Positions 10,555-19,425 of a stretch of 64,000 nt of DNA are shown piece after piece. Made by a program: the position numbers and the translations under genes. This stretch comes from Nitrososphaerota archaeon (GTDB lineage: Archaea; Thermoproteota; Nitrososphaeria; PSMU01). The stretch covers positions 160,001-224,000 of the forward strand of contig PSMU01000002.1 in assembly GCA_040290255.1 (NCBI GenBank), in the 5' to 3' direction. The notes under the pieces were generated by a model. The model did not search any database and was not told the origin of the DNA. It worked only from the letters and a program-made list of their open reading frames with translations. Numbering within the stretch: the first letter of the stretch is position 1; each line of letters opens with the position of its first letter.

Positions 10555-11113
10555 CCACCATTACATCGGTCGCCTTCACCAGGGCCAGCACCCTGTCTCC
10601 CTTCTTAAGGCCCAGCTCGCTGATGGCCTCGTTGGAGATGATGGAGACGAGCCGGCCCCCTCCCAGCAGCTCCATGGTCACCTGCGACGCCACGGCCCCC
10701 CTCCTTATGCCCACGACCTTGGCCTCTAGCCTGTTTCTCGCGCTGAGCCGGTAGCCGATGTGACCCCAAAAGTCCAGATCCTCCAGCGCGTTGAATAGGT
10801 GCTTGCGCGCCCTCCTGTAGCGCGCCAGCAGGGCCTTCGCCCGCGGCGTCAGGCTCGTACTCCCCCCTCCTCTGCCGCCGGGCCTCGCTTCTATCAGCTT
10901 GAAGCCCAGGAGCTTCTCGAGCCTTCTAATCCTCCCCCACGCGCTGCGATAGGAGAGGCCCAGCTCCTTCGCCGCCATGGCCAGCGAGCCCTTCTCCTGT
11001 ATGAAGCGCAGCAGCCGCGCGTCTATTAGGCCTAAGCCCACGCGCCTCTTCCCGATGAAAAGCGTGAGGGAGGGATGCAGCTCCAGGCCCTCCGGCCCTC
11101 CCCTCGCCGCCAC
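10520..11113 (-). CDS. modE: ModE-type wHTH regulator with a TOBE (mop) domain
   Basis: GSLAMAAKELGLSYRSAW, GGRGGGSTSLT, SARNRL, LVKATDV; start reassigned to GTG 11113 below a TTTAAT box. Confidence 0.85.
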   Translation of the reverse strand: MAARGGPEGLELHPSLTLFIGKRRVGLGLIDARLLRFIQEKGSLAMAAKELGLSYRSAWGRIRRLEKLLGFKLIEARPGGRGGGSTSLTPRAKALLARYRRARKHLFNALEDLDFWGHIGYRLSARNRLEAKVVGIRRGAVASQVTMELLGGGRLVSIISNEAISELGLKKGDRVLALVKATDVMVAKPLSGHPAPA

Positions 11114-11203
11114 AGGGCAGAGCCCCCAGCCCAAAATTAAAGCTCTCCCCCGCATAGGAGGCTCGGCGGCAAAGCTATATACAGGGGCTCGATATGAAGG
11201 CGC

Positions 11204-12118
11204 GTGCATATCGCTTCCAACCGCGGCGCGGGGCGCGGCGTCCGGCGCCGGGCGCTGTCCAGGGCAATGGCGCTCATGGCAATCGCGGCATTGTTGGCGC
11301 TCACGGGCCTTGTGATTTACGCGCTGGAAGGCATGGCGTCGATTTCAAGGGCGCGCCCCGTGGTCATCTTCAGCGCGCCGACGCTGGCCCGCCTGGCGAT
11401 GGACCTCGCTGCCAAGGCGGGCCTGCCCGCCGACATCAGGAGGTTGGGCAGCTTGGCCGCCTTCAGGCTCATACAGCAGGGGAACGTCCCCGACCTCTAC
11501 TTTAGCGTGGAGGTCGAGCTGGCCCCGTGGCTCCAGGCCAGGAAGATCGTCATGTTGGGCTCCTATGAGCTCTTGCTCCTCTGCCGAGGAGCCCACGACC
11601 TGAGGGATATCTCCCATGTCACGGTGGCCCTGGCGAACCCCAATACGGCGCCCATTGGATATAGGGCGTTGGCCGAGCTCTACCTGCTGGCCCAGCGAGG
11701 GCTGCTGAACATCGGTCAGGTGCAGGAGGAGCTGGGGGTTCGTTACAGCTCGCTGAGTAACGGCACCGTGCTCATAGACGCCGCGAACATGGCGCCCTCA
11801 GGCCGATTCGTCATGAGGTCAAACATAGAAGAGGCGGCGGCGCTGGTGGAGCAGGGTGCTGCCGAATGCACCTTCGCCTACTGGCCCTTTATTCTCTCGA
11901 GGGGCTATGCGCAGGGCTACAGCATCATAAGCCTACCTCCCGAGCTGCGTTTCCTACAGGATCCGCCCGTCCCCTTCATCGTCAAGCTCAGCTCGGGCAC
12001 GATAAGGGTGGGGGCGGAGCGGGCCTTCGTTGCCTCCTTCAGCGCGCTGGGCGATTTGGTGCTCCGCTTTCTGCCGCAAATCAACGTGAGCGCCTATGGG
12101 CTACTTCCGCAGCCATAA
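11204..12118 (+). CDS. Molybdate/tungstate ABC transporter substrate-binding protein (ModA/WtpA-like)
   Basis: N-terminal TM anchor, GSL...PDLYFS, ANPNTAPIGYRAL; divergent from modE. Confidence 0.75.
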   Translation: MHIASNRGAGRGVRRRALSRAMALMAIAALLALTGLVIYALEGMASISRARPVVIFSAPTLARLAMDLAAKAGLPADIRRLGSLAAFRLIQQGNVPDLYFSVEVELAPWLQARKIVMLGSYELLLLCRGAHDLRDISHVTVALANPNTAPIGYRALAELYLLAQRGLLNIGQVQEELGVRYSSLSNGTVLIDAANMAPSGRFVMRSNIEEAAALVEQGAAECTFAYWPFILSRGYAQGYSIISLPPELRFLQDPPVPFIVKLSSGTIRVGAERAFVASFSALGDLVLRFLPQINVSAYGLLPQP

Positions 12119-12815
12119 GCCCGATGGCCTGTTGGCGCTTGGAGGACTGACCGCGGCCCTCTATGCTCTCCTGTTGCTGGGCCTGCCGCTGCTGCTGGTA
12201 AGGCCTCAGTTGGAAGCCAGGGCCCTCTACGCGCTGGCTAACTCGGCCGCCTTGGCCAGCGCGGCCGCCCTGCTCTGCGTGCCGCCGGCCGCCCTTATAG
12301 GGTACGTGGCCCTGAACTCGAGGCGCTCGCTGCTCTTTACGCTCGTGGCCTTCTCCACGGCGGTCCCGCATACCGCGGTAGGGGCCCTTATCTTTCCGCT
12401 GGTCAGGGGACTGGGGCTCATCGACACGGCGCCGGCCGCCCTTCTGGCGATGTGGGTCGTCTCCCTGCCCTTGGCCGTCGCGACCGTGAGGAGCGCATAC
12501 CTAAGCCTGGGCCCCGGGCTTGAGCTGCTGTTGAGGCCCCTGGGCCTGGGCAGGCTGCCGATCCTGCTCATGTACGCCAGGGCCGCATCTAAGGGGCTCC
12601 TCTTGGCCGCCCTCGTGGCGTGGCTAAGGGCCTTCTCGGAGCTGGGGGCCCTGCTGTTGGTGGCCTTCAGGCCTCTCACGGCGGGCATCTATGTATATGA
12701 GGCGTTCGTTACCTCGGGCTTGGCGCCGGTCATAGGGGCCTCCTTACTCATGGCGGGCATGGGTATCGCGCTCTCGTCGGCCCTGCTGCTGCTCGAGGGG
12801 TGGGTGGCGAGGTAG
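12096..12815 (+). CDS. ABC permease (ModB/WtpB-like)
   Basis: PHTAVG, WLRAFSELGA; hydrophobic. Confidence 0.8.
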   Translation: MGYFRSHKPDGLLALGGLTAALYALLLLGLPLLLVRPQLEARALYALANSAALASAAALLCVPPAALIGYVALNSRRSLLFTLVAFSTAVPHTAVGALIFPLVRGLGLIDTAPAALLAMWVVSLPLAVATVRSAYLSLGPGLELLLRPLGLGRLPILLMYARAASKGLLLAALVAWLRAFSELGALLLVAFRPLTAGIYVYEAFVTSGLAPVIGASLLMAGMGIALSSALLLLEGWVAR

Positions 12816-12816
12816 C

Positions 12817-13485
12817 TTGCTTCGCGTCGAAGGGCTAATCGTGAGGAGGTGGGGGCTCAGGCTCTACGTGGAGAGGCTCGAGGTGGCCGGAAGGCTTGTG
12901 CTGCTGGGCAGGAATGGGGCGGGCAAGAGCACGCTCCTGGCCACTCTTGCGGGCCTCTATAGGCCCAGCGCGGGCAAAGTATACATGGAGGGCATGGAGG
13001 TAACCGACCTGCCTCCCGAGAGGAGGGGGATTGGCTACCTGCCCCAGCATCCCGCGCGGCTCCCGCTAAGGCCGAGGAGGGCGCTCGAGTACTTTTCCAG
13101 GCGGTGGGGCGTGGACTATATGCCCTTCGTGCGAAGGCTGGGCGCCGGGGGGCTGCTAGAGAAGCAGGCCCTCTCGGACGGCGAGCAGCAGCTGCTGAAC
13201 CTCTGCATCCTCCTCATGAGGGAGCCGCGCTGCCTGCTGCTGGATGAGCCAACAAGCCACCTCGACTGGGAGAATAGGAGGGTGGTCTGGGCCGCGCTCA
13301 GGGAGCTCGACCTGCCGCTGCTGCTCGTGACCCACGACCCCCTTGAGGCGCTGCTCGTGGGCGAGAGGGCCGCGCTGCTGAAGGATGGCCTTGTGAGGGG
13401 TCCCATAGCGCTGAATACGGCTGACGCACGCGAAGCCATCGGGGCGAGGCTGGACCTCTATGGCCTCCTCGAGGGCTTGGGCTAG
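12817..13485 (+). CDS. ABC ATPase (ModC/WtpC-like)
   Basis: GRNGAGKST, PPERRGIGY, LSDGEQQ, LLLDEP, VTHD. Confidence 0.85.
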   Translation: MLRVEGLIVRRWGLRLYVERLEVAGRLVLLGRNGAGKSTLLATLAGLYRPSAGKVYMEGMEVTDLPPERRGIGYLPQHPARLPLRPRRALEYFSRRWGVDYMPFVRRLGAGGLLEKQALSDGEQQLLNLCILLMREPRCLLLDEPTSHLDWENRRVVWAALRELDLPLLLVTHDPLEALLVGERAALLKDGLVRGPIALNTADAREAIGARLDLYGLLEGLG

Positions 13486-13580
13486 AAGAATTGTAGCCGA
13501 TGGAGAAGATGTGCCTGTTGGCTGGAGCGGGCGAGGACGAAAGAGAACGCTTTTAATGGGCGCCGTGAGCCGAGCGCGGC

Positions 13581-15743
13581 ATGGCGCTAAGCCTGACCCT
13601 GTTCACGATGCTGATCGCGGCCCTGGGCGTGGCCGCTTCGGCGGGCTTCGTCTACGCGGTTGAGCGCAGGCCCAAGGGCTCGGAGAGCATGGCATATGTG
13701 TGGCAGGGCATAAGGGAGGGCTCCCGGGCCTACCTGAGAAGGCAGTATAGGTCCGTAGCCATCATAGCCGGCGTGCTCTTCTTCCTCATCCTCGGTAGCT
13801 TCGCCGCTTACCCCTCGCTGGGGGGCGCGGCCTACGGCCTGAAGGTGGCCGGAAGCTTTGCCCTAGGCGTGGCCTTCTCGCTCATCGCGGCCTACATAGC
13901 CATGGACGCGGCCACCAGGGCCAACGTTAGGTGCACCGCGGCCGCCGAGCAGGGCACGGCGCAGGCGCTCAGGGTGGCCATCCTGGGCGGAGCGGCGCTG
14001 GGGCTTGCGGTGCTGGCCATGAGCCTGCTCGGCCTTTCGATCCTCTATGCGGTCTTCAGGGATCCGGGCGTCCTCGCCGGCTTCGGGTTCGGCGCCAGCC
14101 TCGCCGCCCTCTTCGCCCAGCTGGGAGGGGGGATCTACACGAAGAGCGCGGATATAGGGGCCGACCTCGTGGGCAAGGTGGAGGCGGGCATCCCCGAGGA
14201 TGACCCTAGGAACCCGGCGGTGATAGCGGACCAGGTTGGCGATAACGTGGGAGATGAAGCTGGAAGGGGGGCGGACCTCTTCGAATCGGTCACGGCCGAA
14301 AACCTGGGCGGCATGATCGTGGGCCTGGTGCTATCTATAGCGCTCTTCGGCGCGATAGGCGAAAGCTATGTGCTCCTCCCGCTTGCAGTGACGTCGCTGG
14401 GCATCCTGGCCACCTTCGCCGGCGTGGCCTGGGCGCTGGGGCAAAGGAGCTTCAAGGAGCCGATAGAGCCGCTCAGGAACGGGCTCATCGTGGCCACCGT
14501 GGCCCTGGCGCTCATGCTGCTCCCCGTTTCCTATGGCGTCGTGGGCACGGCGGGCCTCTGGCTGTATGGGGCGATGCTCGTGGGGCTTATGGCGGGCCTG
14601 CTCATCACCTTCTACAGCGAGTTCTACACGGGGCTTCGAAGCTCCTACGTGCAGAGGATCGCCAAGAACAGCGAGGCGGGCCCGGCGCTCACGGTCATGA
14701 GCGGGCTCTCCGCGGGGCTCGTTTCGTCCGCCGTGCCCATAATAACGCTCGTGGTCGCGATCGCGCTCTCCTTCCTGGCAGGCCAGAGGTGGGCCGCGGA
14801 GGCCCACCTGGGCAATATGCTGCTGGGCGGCATATATGGCACCACGATGGCTACGATGGGCCTGCTGGCTATAGCGGGCATGGTGCTGACGATGGATGGG
14901 GTAGGGCCCATCGTGGACAATGCGGGGGGTATAGCGGAGCTCAGCAATGCGCCGGACGAGCTGAGGGCGAGGCTGGAGCCGCTCGATGCCCTGGGCAACA
15001 CCACCAAGGCGCTGACCAAGTCCTATGCCATGGGCTCCGCCACCCTGGCGGCCCTGCTTCTCTTTCAGGCCTTCCTCCTCGAAGTGGCCCGGTACAAGGC
15101 GGGCATCGTGGAGCTGACGCTGCTCACGCCCTCACAGGCCCAGCAGCTGATCTCGGCGGTCTCCCAGCTGGGACAGCAGCTACAGATAAATACCCCCTCT
15201 CTCCTCATTGGACTGCTGGTGGGCGCCGTCCTGCCCTTCTTCTTCTCGGGCCAGGCCATCGGCGCGGTGGCGCTGGGGGCCCATCAGATGGTCGAGGAGG
15301 TAAGGAGGCAGTTCCGGGAGATACCGGGCCTCCTGGACGGCTCGGGCAGGCCGGACTATGCCCGATGCGTGGACATCTCTACCAAGACGGCGCTGAGGCT
15401 CATGGTCACGCCCACGCTTACGTTGACGCTCGCGCCCATAGTCTTGGGCGTGGCGCTGGGCTGGCAGGCGGTGGGGGCGCTGGTGATAGGGGCAACGGCG
15501 GCCGCCATTCCGCTGGCGATCTTGGGCTTCTACGGGGGGGCGGCCATGGACAACGCCAAGAAGTTCCTCGAGATCCAGGGCAAGAAGGGCACGGATGCCC
15601 ACAAGGCCGCGGTCATAGGCGACACGGTGGGCGACCCCATGAAGGACACCTATGCGCCCAGCCTGCACATCCTGGTCAAGCTGCTGAACACGCTGTCGCT
15701 GGTCTTCATACCGCTCTTCCTCGCCCCGCTGCTGGCGCTCTGA
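13581..15743 (+). CDS. hppA: Membrane H+-translocating pyrophosphatase, K+-independent type
   Basis: GGGIYTKSADIGADLVGKVE, EDDPRN, DNVGD, GNTTKA, GDTVGDPMKDT. Confidence 0.95.
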   Translation: MALSLTLFTMLIAALGVAASAGFVYAVERRPKGSESMAYVWQGIREGSRAYLRRQYRSVAIIAGVLFFLILGSFAAYPSLGGAAYGLKVAGSFALGVAFSLIAAYIAMDAATRANVRCTAAAEQGTAQALRVAILGGAALGLAVLAMSLLGLSILYAVFRDPGVLAGFGFGASLAALFAQLGGGIYTKSADIGADLVGKVEAGIPEDDPRNPAVIADQVGDNVGDEAGRGADLFESVTAENLGGMIVGLVLSIALFGAIGESYVLLPLAVTSLGILATFAGVAWALGQRSFKEPIEPLRNGLIVATVALALMLLPVSYGVVGTAGLWLYGAMLVGLMAGLLITFYSEFYTGLRSSYVQRIAKNSEAGPALTVMSGLSAGLVSSAVPIITLVVAIALSFLAGQRWAAEAHLGNMLLGGIYGTTMATMGLLAIAGMVLTMDGVGPIVDNAGGIAELSNAPDELRARLEPLDALGNTTKALTKSYAMGSATLAALLLFQAFLLEVARYKAGIVELTLLTPSQAQQLISAVSQLGQQLQINTPSLLIGLLVGAVLPFFFSGQAIGAVALGAHQMVEEVRRQFREIPGLLDGSGRPDYARCVDISTKTALRLMVTPTLTLTLAPIVLGVALGWQAVGALVIGATAAAIPLAILGFYGGAAMDNAKKFLEIQGKKGTDAHKAAVIGDTVGDPMKDTYAPSLHILVKLLNTLSLVFIPLFLAPLLAL

Positions 15744-15756
15744 AGCCCTCGGGCGC

Positions 15757-16080
15757 TCAGCCCAAGGGCAGGCCGAGATGGTGCGTCAGCAGGTGGCGAT
15801 ACTCCCCCGGCGGCATTAGGTTTCCACAGGCCCTCTGCACCACTTCGCTGAGTGCCGGATGTATATGCATGGCTTGAGCCACATGCCTCGTCCTCGCCTG
15901 CATGTGCATCTCGGTAACGAGCTCCTGAATCAGCGAGGAGGCATAGGGGCCTATGATGTGGGCCCCCAAAATCTTCAGCGAGCTGCGCTGTACGATGACC
16001 TTCACGAAGTAGTCCTTAAGGCCCATGGCCTCCCTCTTCGCCGGGTCCTCGTAGCGGTAGAAGCCTATCAGCAGGTCGTC
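15757..16080 (-). pseudogene. C-terminal dimerisation-domain fragment of a dihydrolipoamide dehydrogenase-like flavoprotein
   Basis: KILGAHIIGP...LIQE...HIHPALSEVV; no FAD-binding or CxxxxC N-terminal region; left boundary is the stop codon, right boundary approximate. Confidence 0.75.
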
Positions 16081-16081
16081 G

Positions 16082-16288
16082 GGGCCGTACTTCGCGCTCG
16101 CCTCGCCCTCCCAGCTTGAGGCCATAAGGCAATTCGTGGCTGAACTCGAGGAGCAGGCTTCGCGCATGAGGAACTCCTCGAACCTGCTCGATGCCCTGCA
16201 GGGCCTTTCCCTCCTAGGGTCCAACTTTAGGCTCTCGGAGATCTTGATTAAGGACAAGAACTGGACGTTAAAGTTCACGAGGGCTTAG
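16082..16288 (+). pseudogene. Start-less 3' fragment of an unknown gene
   Basis: Open frame GPYFALASPSQLEAIRQFVAELEEQ...WTLKFTRA* with host-like codons; in-frame stop at 16058-16060 and no promoter-proximal start. Confidence 0.4.
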
Positions 16289-16307
16289 CGCCCAAGGCCC
16301 TAAGACC

Positions 16308-16481
16308 CTATTTCTCTTCTACTCGCTCGGGCCCCGCAGGGGGCAGCACGAGCGCCCTAGCGCCCGAGGCCAGCACTACGATGACATAGCCGCAGGCCGT
16401 GCAGCGGTAGTACTTATTATAACCCTCCTCGCTCTTCTGGTCCCCCAGAAACTCCAGCTCCTCATGTGCACAATCCTTCAC
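16308..16481 (-). CDS. Small putative Zn-ribbon protein (57 aa, absent from the ORF track)
   Basis: Hand translation from GTG: MKDCAHEELEFLGDQKSEEGYNKYYRCTACGYVIVVLASGARALVLPPAGPERVEEK; CxH...CxxC. Confidence 0.65.
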   Translation of the reverse strand: MKDCAHEELEFLGDQKSEEGYNKYYRCTACGYVIVVLASGARALVLPPAGPERVEEK

Positions 16482-16527
16482 TACATATCATGTGCCGCTA
16501 CACCTAGATATGCCTAGCGGTCGGCGC

Positions 16528-16944
16528 TCATGCCTTGAGCTCCGCTGACTGGGCTATGCGCCTTAGCGTCAGGCCCACGGCGGCCAGCCCCACCGCATGT
16601 GCGAGCGTGCAGAAGGAACAGATCGCCTTGAGCACGAACAGCTCTATTGAGATGAAGTAGACGGCGCCCAATAGGCCCACCGCGCTGAGCAGCAGTAGGA
16701 GCGCCCTCGGCGGGTTGGGCATGGCCTGAGTCCAGCCCAGCGCTAGGAACCAGAGCGCGGCTACAAAGGAGACCGGCACGCCAAGCAGCCTTGAGTAGCT
16801 GCTCGTGAGCACGACGGCGCAGTTCAGCATGGTGCCCGGCGCGCAGGAGGCGAGCGCGGAGGTTTCAAAGAAGGTCAGGTACAGCGCATCGCCCAGCCCC
16901 ACGGCGCAGAGCCCGGCCACGAGGGCGCGCTCAGCGGCGCTCAA
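16528..16944 (-). CDS. Vitamin K epoxide reductase (VKOR) family protein
   Basis: Loop Cys pair (SCAPGTMLNC), VLTSSYS, CSFC, four TM segments. Confidence 0.9.
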   Translation of the reverse strand: MSAAERALVAGLCAVGLGDALYLTFFETSALASCAPGTMLNCAVVLTSSYSRLLGVPVSFVAALWFLALGWTQAMPNPPRALLLLLSAVGLLGAVYFISIELFVLKAICSFCTLAHAVGLAAVGLTLRRIAQSAELKA

Positions 16945-17662
16945 GGCTCTCGACCTCCGCCAGCGCGACGGCGCGCTGGAGCAGCCCTGAGGTCCTGCCC
17001 AGGAGCTGATCTAGGGCCTTGGCTATGAGCGCCGCCTCCCTCGAGACCGCATCGTAGATGGGCCCCTGCTTCGCCTCCAGCTGCGCCTTCACCTCATCGA
17101 AGCTCTTCCCCACCAGCAGGCTCGGGTCAACGCCGCTGCCCACCCTGTAATACTTGCCGCCTATGCAGAGAAAGGGGATGCTACGGCTCGGGTCATACCT
17201 CTGCAGCAGCTGCTGCGCCAGCGCGGAGAGGTTCTGAAGGGGAGTCCCAAACCGATCCTGAATCTCGTAGGCCTCAAAGGCCACTACATCGCTGCTGTAG
17301 ATGGCGTTCACGAAGGTGTACGTGGGCAGGTTGGGCAGCGAGGGCTCTATGGAAGCGGGCGCGCTCGTGGTGGGCTGCAGGTGACTCCATGTCCCGTACT
17401 TGGAGAGGGCCATCACAATGGCCCATCTTTCGGCCGCACAAAAGGGGCAATACTCGGCCCCGACGTAGAGCACTAGCACCTTGCCGTCCTTGAAGAGAAG
17501 CTGTGCGCTGGCGTCGTAGACCAGGCCCGAGGGGCCGGACCTGCCCAAGAGCGCAAAGGCCGCCACTAGGCCTAGGAGGGCGGCGATGAGAAGCAGATAG
17601 GGAGTTCGCTTAATATGCCGCCGCGCCAGGGGCTCCCTCCCCCGCCCTCGCCTCGCCGGCAT
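16931..17662 (-). CDS. DUF929-family membrane-anchored thioredoxin-like protein
   Basis: YVGAEYCPFCAAERW...ALSKYG, SIPF; start reassigned to ATG 17662. Confidence 0.85.
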   Translation of the reverse strand: MPARRGRGREPLARRHIKRTPYLLLIAALLGLVAAFALLGRSGPSGLVYDASAQLLFKDGKVLVLYVGAEYCPFCAAERWAIVMALSKYGTWSHLQPTTSAPASIEPSLPNLPTYTFVNAIYSSDVVAFEAYEIQDRFGTPLQNLSALAQQLLQRYDPSRSIPFLCIGGKYYRVGSGVDPSLLVGKSFDEVKAQLEAKQGPIYDAVSREAALIAKALDQLLGRTSGLLQRAVALAEVESLERR

Positions 17663-17754
17663 GGCCGTCCTGCCAAAGCGAGGCCTGTTTAAGGGCTTTA
17701 GCGGCGGTCCCTTGACTCGCCCAGGGCAAGGCTGATAAAACAGCCCCGCAGAAG

Positions 17755-18960
17755 ATGAACGTGAAGGAGGAGCGCGAGGCCTACATAGTCTCGGCCGCGA
17801 GGACGCCCATTGGCGTGCTGCTGGGAAGCCTAAGGGGCCTGAGCGCGGCCAAGCTTGGGGGAATCGCGATTCAGGCCGCACTGAAGCGCGCGGGCCTGGA
17901 GGGAAAGGAGGTGCAGGGCGTGGTCATGGGCAATGTGCTTCAGGCAGGGCTGGGGCAGAATCCGGCGAGGCAGGCCGCATACTATGCGGGCTTGCCCGAA
18001 AGCGTCAACGCCTACACCGTGAACCTAGTATGCGCCTCCGGCATGATGGCCATAGCGAACGCCCACAACGAGATACGCCTGGGCTATAGGGATGTGATGG
18101 TGGCGGGGGGCATGGAGAGCATGAGCAACGCCCCCTTCCTCCTGTCCGCCGAACTTAGGAGCGGCCTGAGGTTCCTATACCAGCTGCGCGTGCCCCTGGT
18201 CGATGCGATGACCTGGGACGGGCTCATCGACTTCAGAAGCGGCAGGAGCATGGGCGAAATAGCCGAACGCCTTGCCAGGGAGAGAGGGCTCTCGAGGAGG
18301 GAGCTCGACGAGTTTGCCTACCTCAGCAACCTGCGCGCGGCCGAGGCCTGGGATGAGGGGCTCTTCGCGGAGGAGGTGGTGCCCGTTGAGCTGGAGGCGC
18401 AGGGGCAAAGAAAGCAGGTGACCCAAGATGAAGGCATTAGGAGGGATACCAGCCTCGAGAAGCTGCTGCAGCTGCGCCCGGCCTTCCCGGGCGGCGACCT
18501 AGTCACGGCCGGCAATTCTCCCAAGCTCTCCGATGGGGCCTGCGCGCTCGTCCTGGCCAGCGGTCGCGCTGTTAAGGAACGGGGCCTGAAGCCGCTCGCC
18601 AGGATCCTGGGCTATAGCTGGGGCGCCCTGGACCTTGAGAACTTCCCCGAGGCGCCTATCCCCGTTACAAGGAGCCTGCTGGAAAGGCTGCGGCTTAGGA
18701 TCGAGGATTTTGACCTCATCGAGCATAACGAGGCCTTCGCCGTCTCCAGCCTGCTGGTGCTTAAGGGCCTCGGCATATCAATAGATAGGTACAACGTGAA
18801 TGGCGGCGCGATAGCGCTCGGCCATCCGCTGGGCTGCTCGGGCGCAAGGATCGTCGCCACGCTGCTGTACGCGCTTAAGGCCAGGGGCCTCAGGAGGGGG
18901 CTCGCAACGATATGCCATGGAGGAGGAGGGGCCATGAGCTTGGCCCTCGAGCTGCTCTAG
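17755..18960 (+). CDS. Acetyl-CoA C-acyltransferase (thiolase)
   Basis: RTPIG, VCASG, GGMESMS, NEAF, GHPLGCSG, ICHGGG. Confidence 0.95.
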   Translation: MNVKEEREAYIVSAARTPIGVLLGSLRGLSAAKLGGIAIQAALKRAGLEGKEVQGVVMGNVLQAGLGQNPARQAAYYAGLPESVNAYTVNLVCASGMMAIANAHNEIRLGYRDVMVAGGMESMSNAPFLLSAELRSGLRFLYQLRVPLVDAMTWDGLIDFRSGRSMGEIAERLARERGLSRRELDEFAYLSNLRAAEAWDEGLFAEEVVPVELEAQGQRKQVTQDEGIRRDTSLEKLLQLRPAFPGGDLVTAGNSPKLSDGACALVLASGRAVKERGLKPLARILGYSWGALDLENFPEAPIPVTRSLLERLRLRIEDFDLIEHNEAFAVSSLLVLKGLGISIDRYNVNGGAIALGHPLGCSGARIVATLLYALKARGLRRGLATICHGGGGAMSLALELL

Positions 18961-19008
18961 CCTTCATCCCAACCGCAAAGGTTTATTTGTGGAGCGAGCA
19001 CGAGCGCC

Positions 19009-19410
19009 ATGGCAAAGTTCCCTTCTCAGGAATGGGCCGACCTTTATATGAAGGCCATCAACTCGAACCCCGCCTACGAGCAGGCCGCGAGGGACTGGGA
19101 GGGCGACTTCCTCTTCGTCATAACGCCGGATGAGCGCTTCAAGGGCGAAGCGGTGCTTTATCTAGACCTCTACCACGGCAAGTGTAGGCAGGCGCGCCTG
19201 CTGGCCAGCAGGGCCGAGAGGGGCGCGGCCTTCACGCTCGAAGGGCCCTTCTCGAGCTGGCTGGATCTGCTGCAGGGGAGGCTGGACCCCATTCAGGCCG
19301 TCATCAGCGGAAGGCTCAGGCTGCAGGGAGATATGATGAAGGTGATGAGGTATATACAGGCAGCGACGGAGCTCGTTAGGACGGCGCAGAGGGTACCGAC
19401 CGAGTACTGA
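19009..19410 (+). CDS. SCP2 sterol/lipid-binding domain protein
   Basis: FPSQEW, WEGDF, LDPIQAVISGRLRLQGD. Confidence 0.85.
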   Translation: MAKFPSQEWADLYMKAINSNPAYEQAARDWEGDFLFVITPDERFKGEAVLYLDLYHGKCRQARLLASRAERGAAFTLEGPFSSWLDLLQGRLDPIQAVISGRLRLQGDMMKVMRYIQAATELVRTAQRVPTEY

Positions 19411-19425
19411 CCTCGTTTGCCGCGC

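Noticed and set aside
11174-11200. Possible ModE box (GCTATATA...ATATGAAG) between modE and the modA-like gene
   Set aside because: The first half is indistinguishable from the TATA box and the second half is poor.
13495-13556. Possible C/D sRNA upstream of hppA (ATGGAGA...CTGG...AGGACGA)
   Set aside because: All boxes are degenerate, there is no CTGA D box and I recognised no rRNA-complementary guide.
14789-15877. 362-aa alternative-frame ORF inside hppA
   Set aside because: Gly/Arg/Ala-rich frame artefact with no family features.
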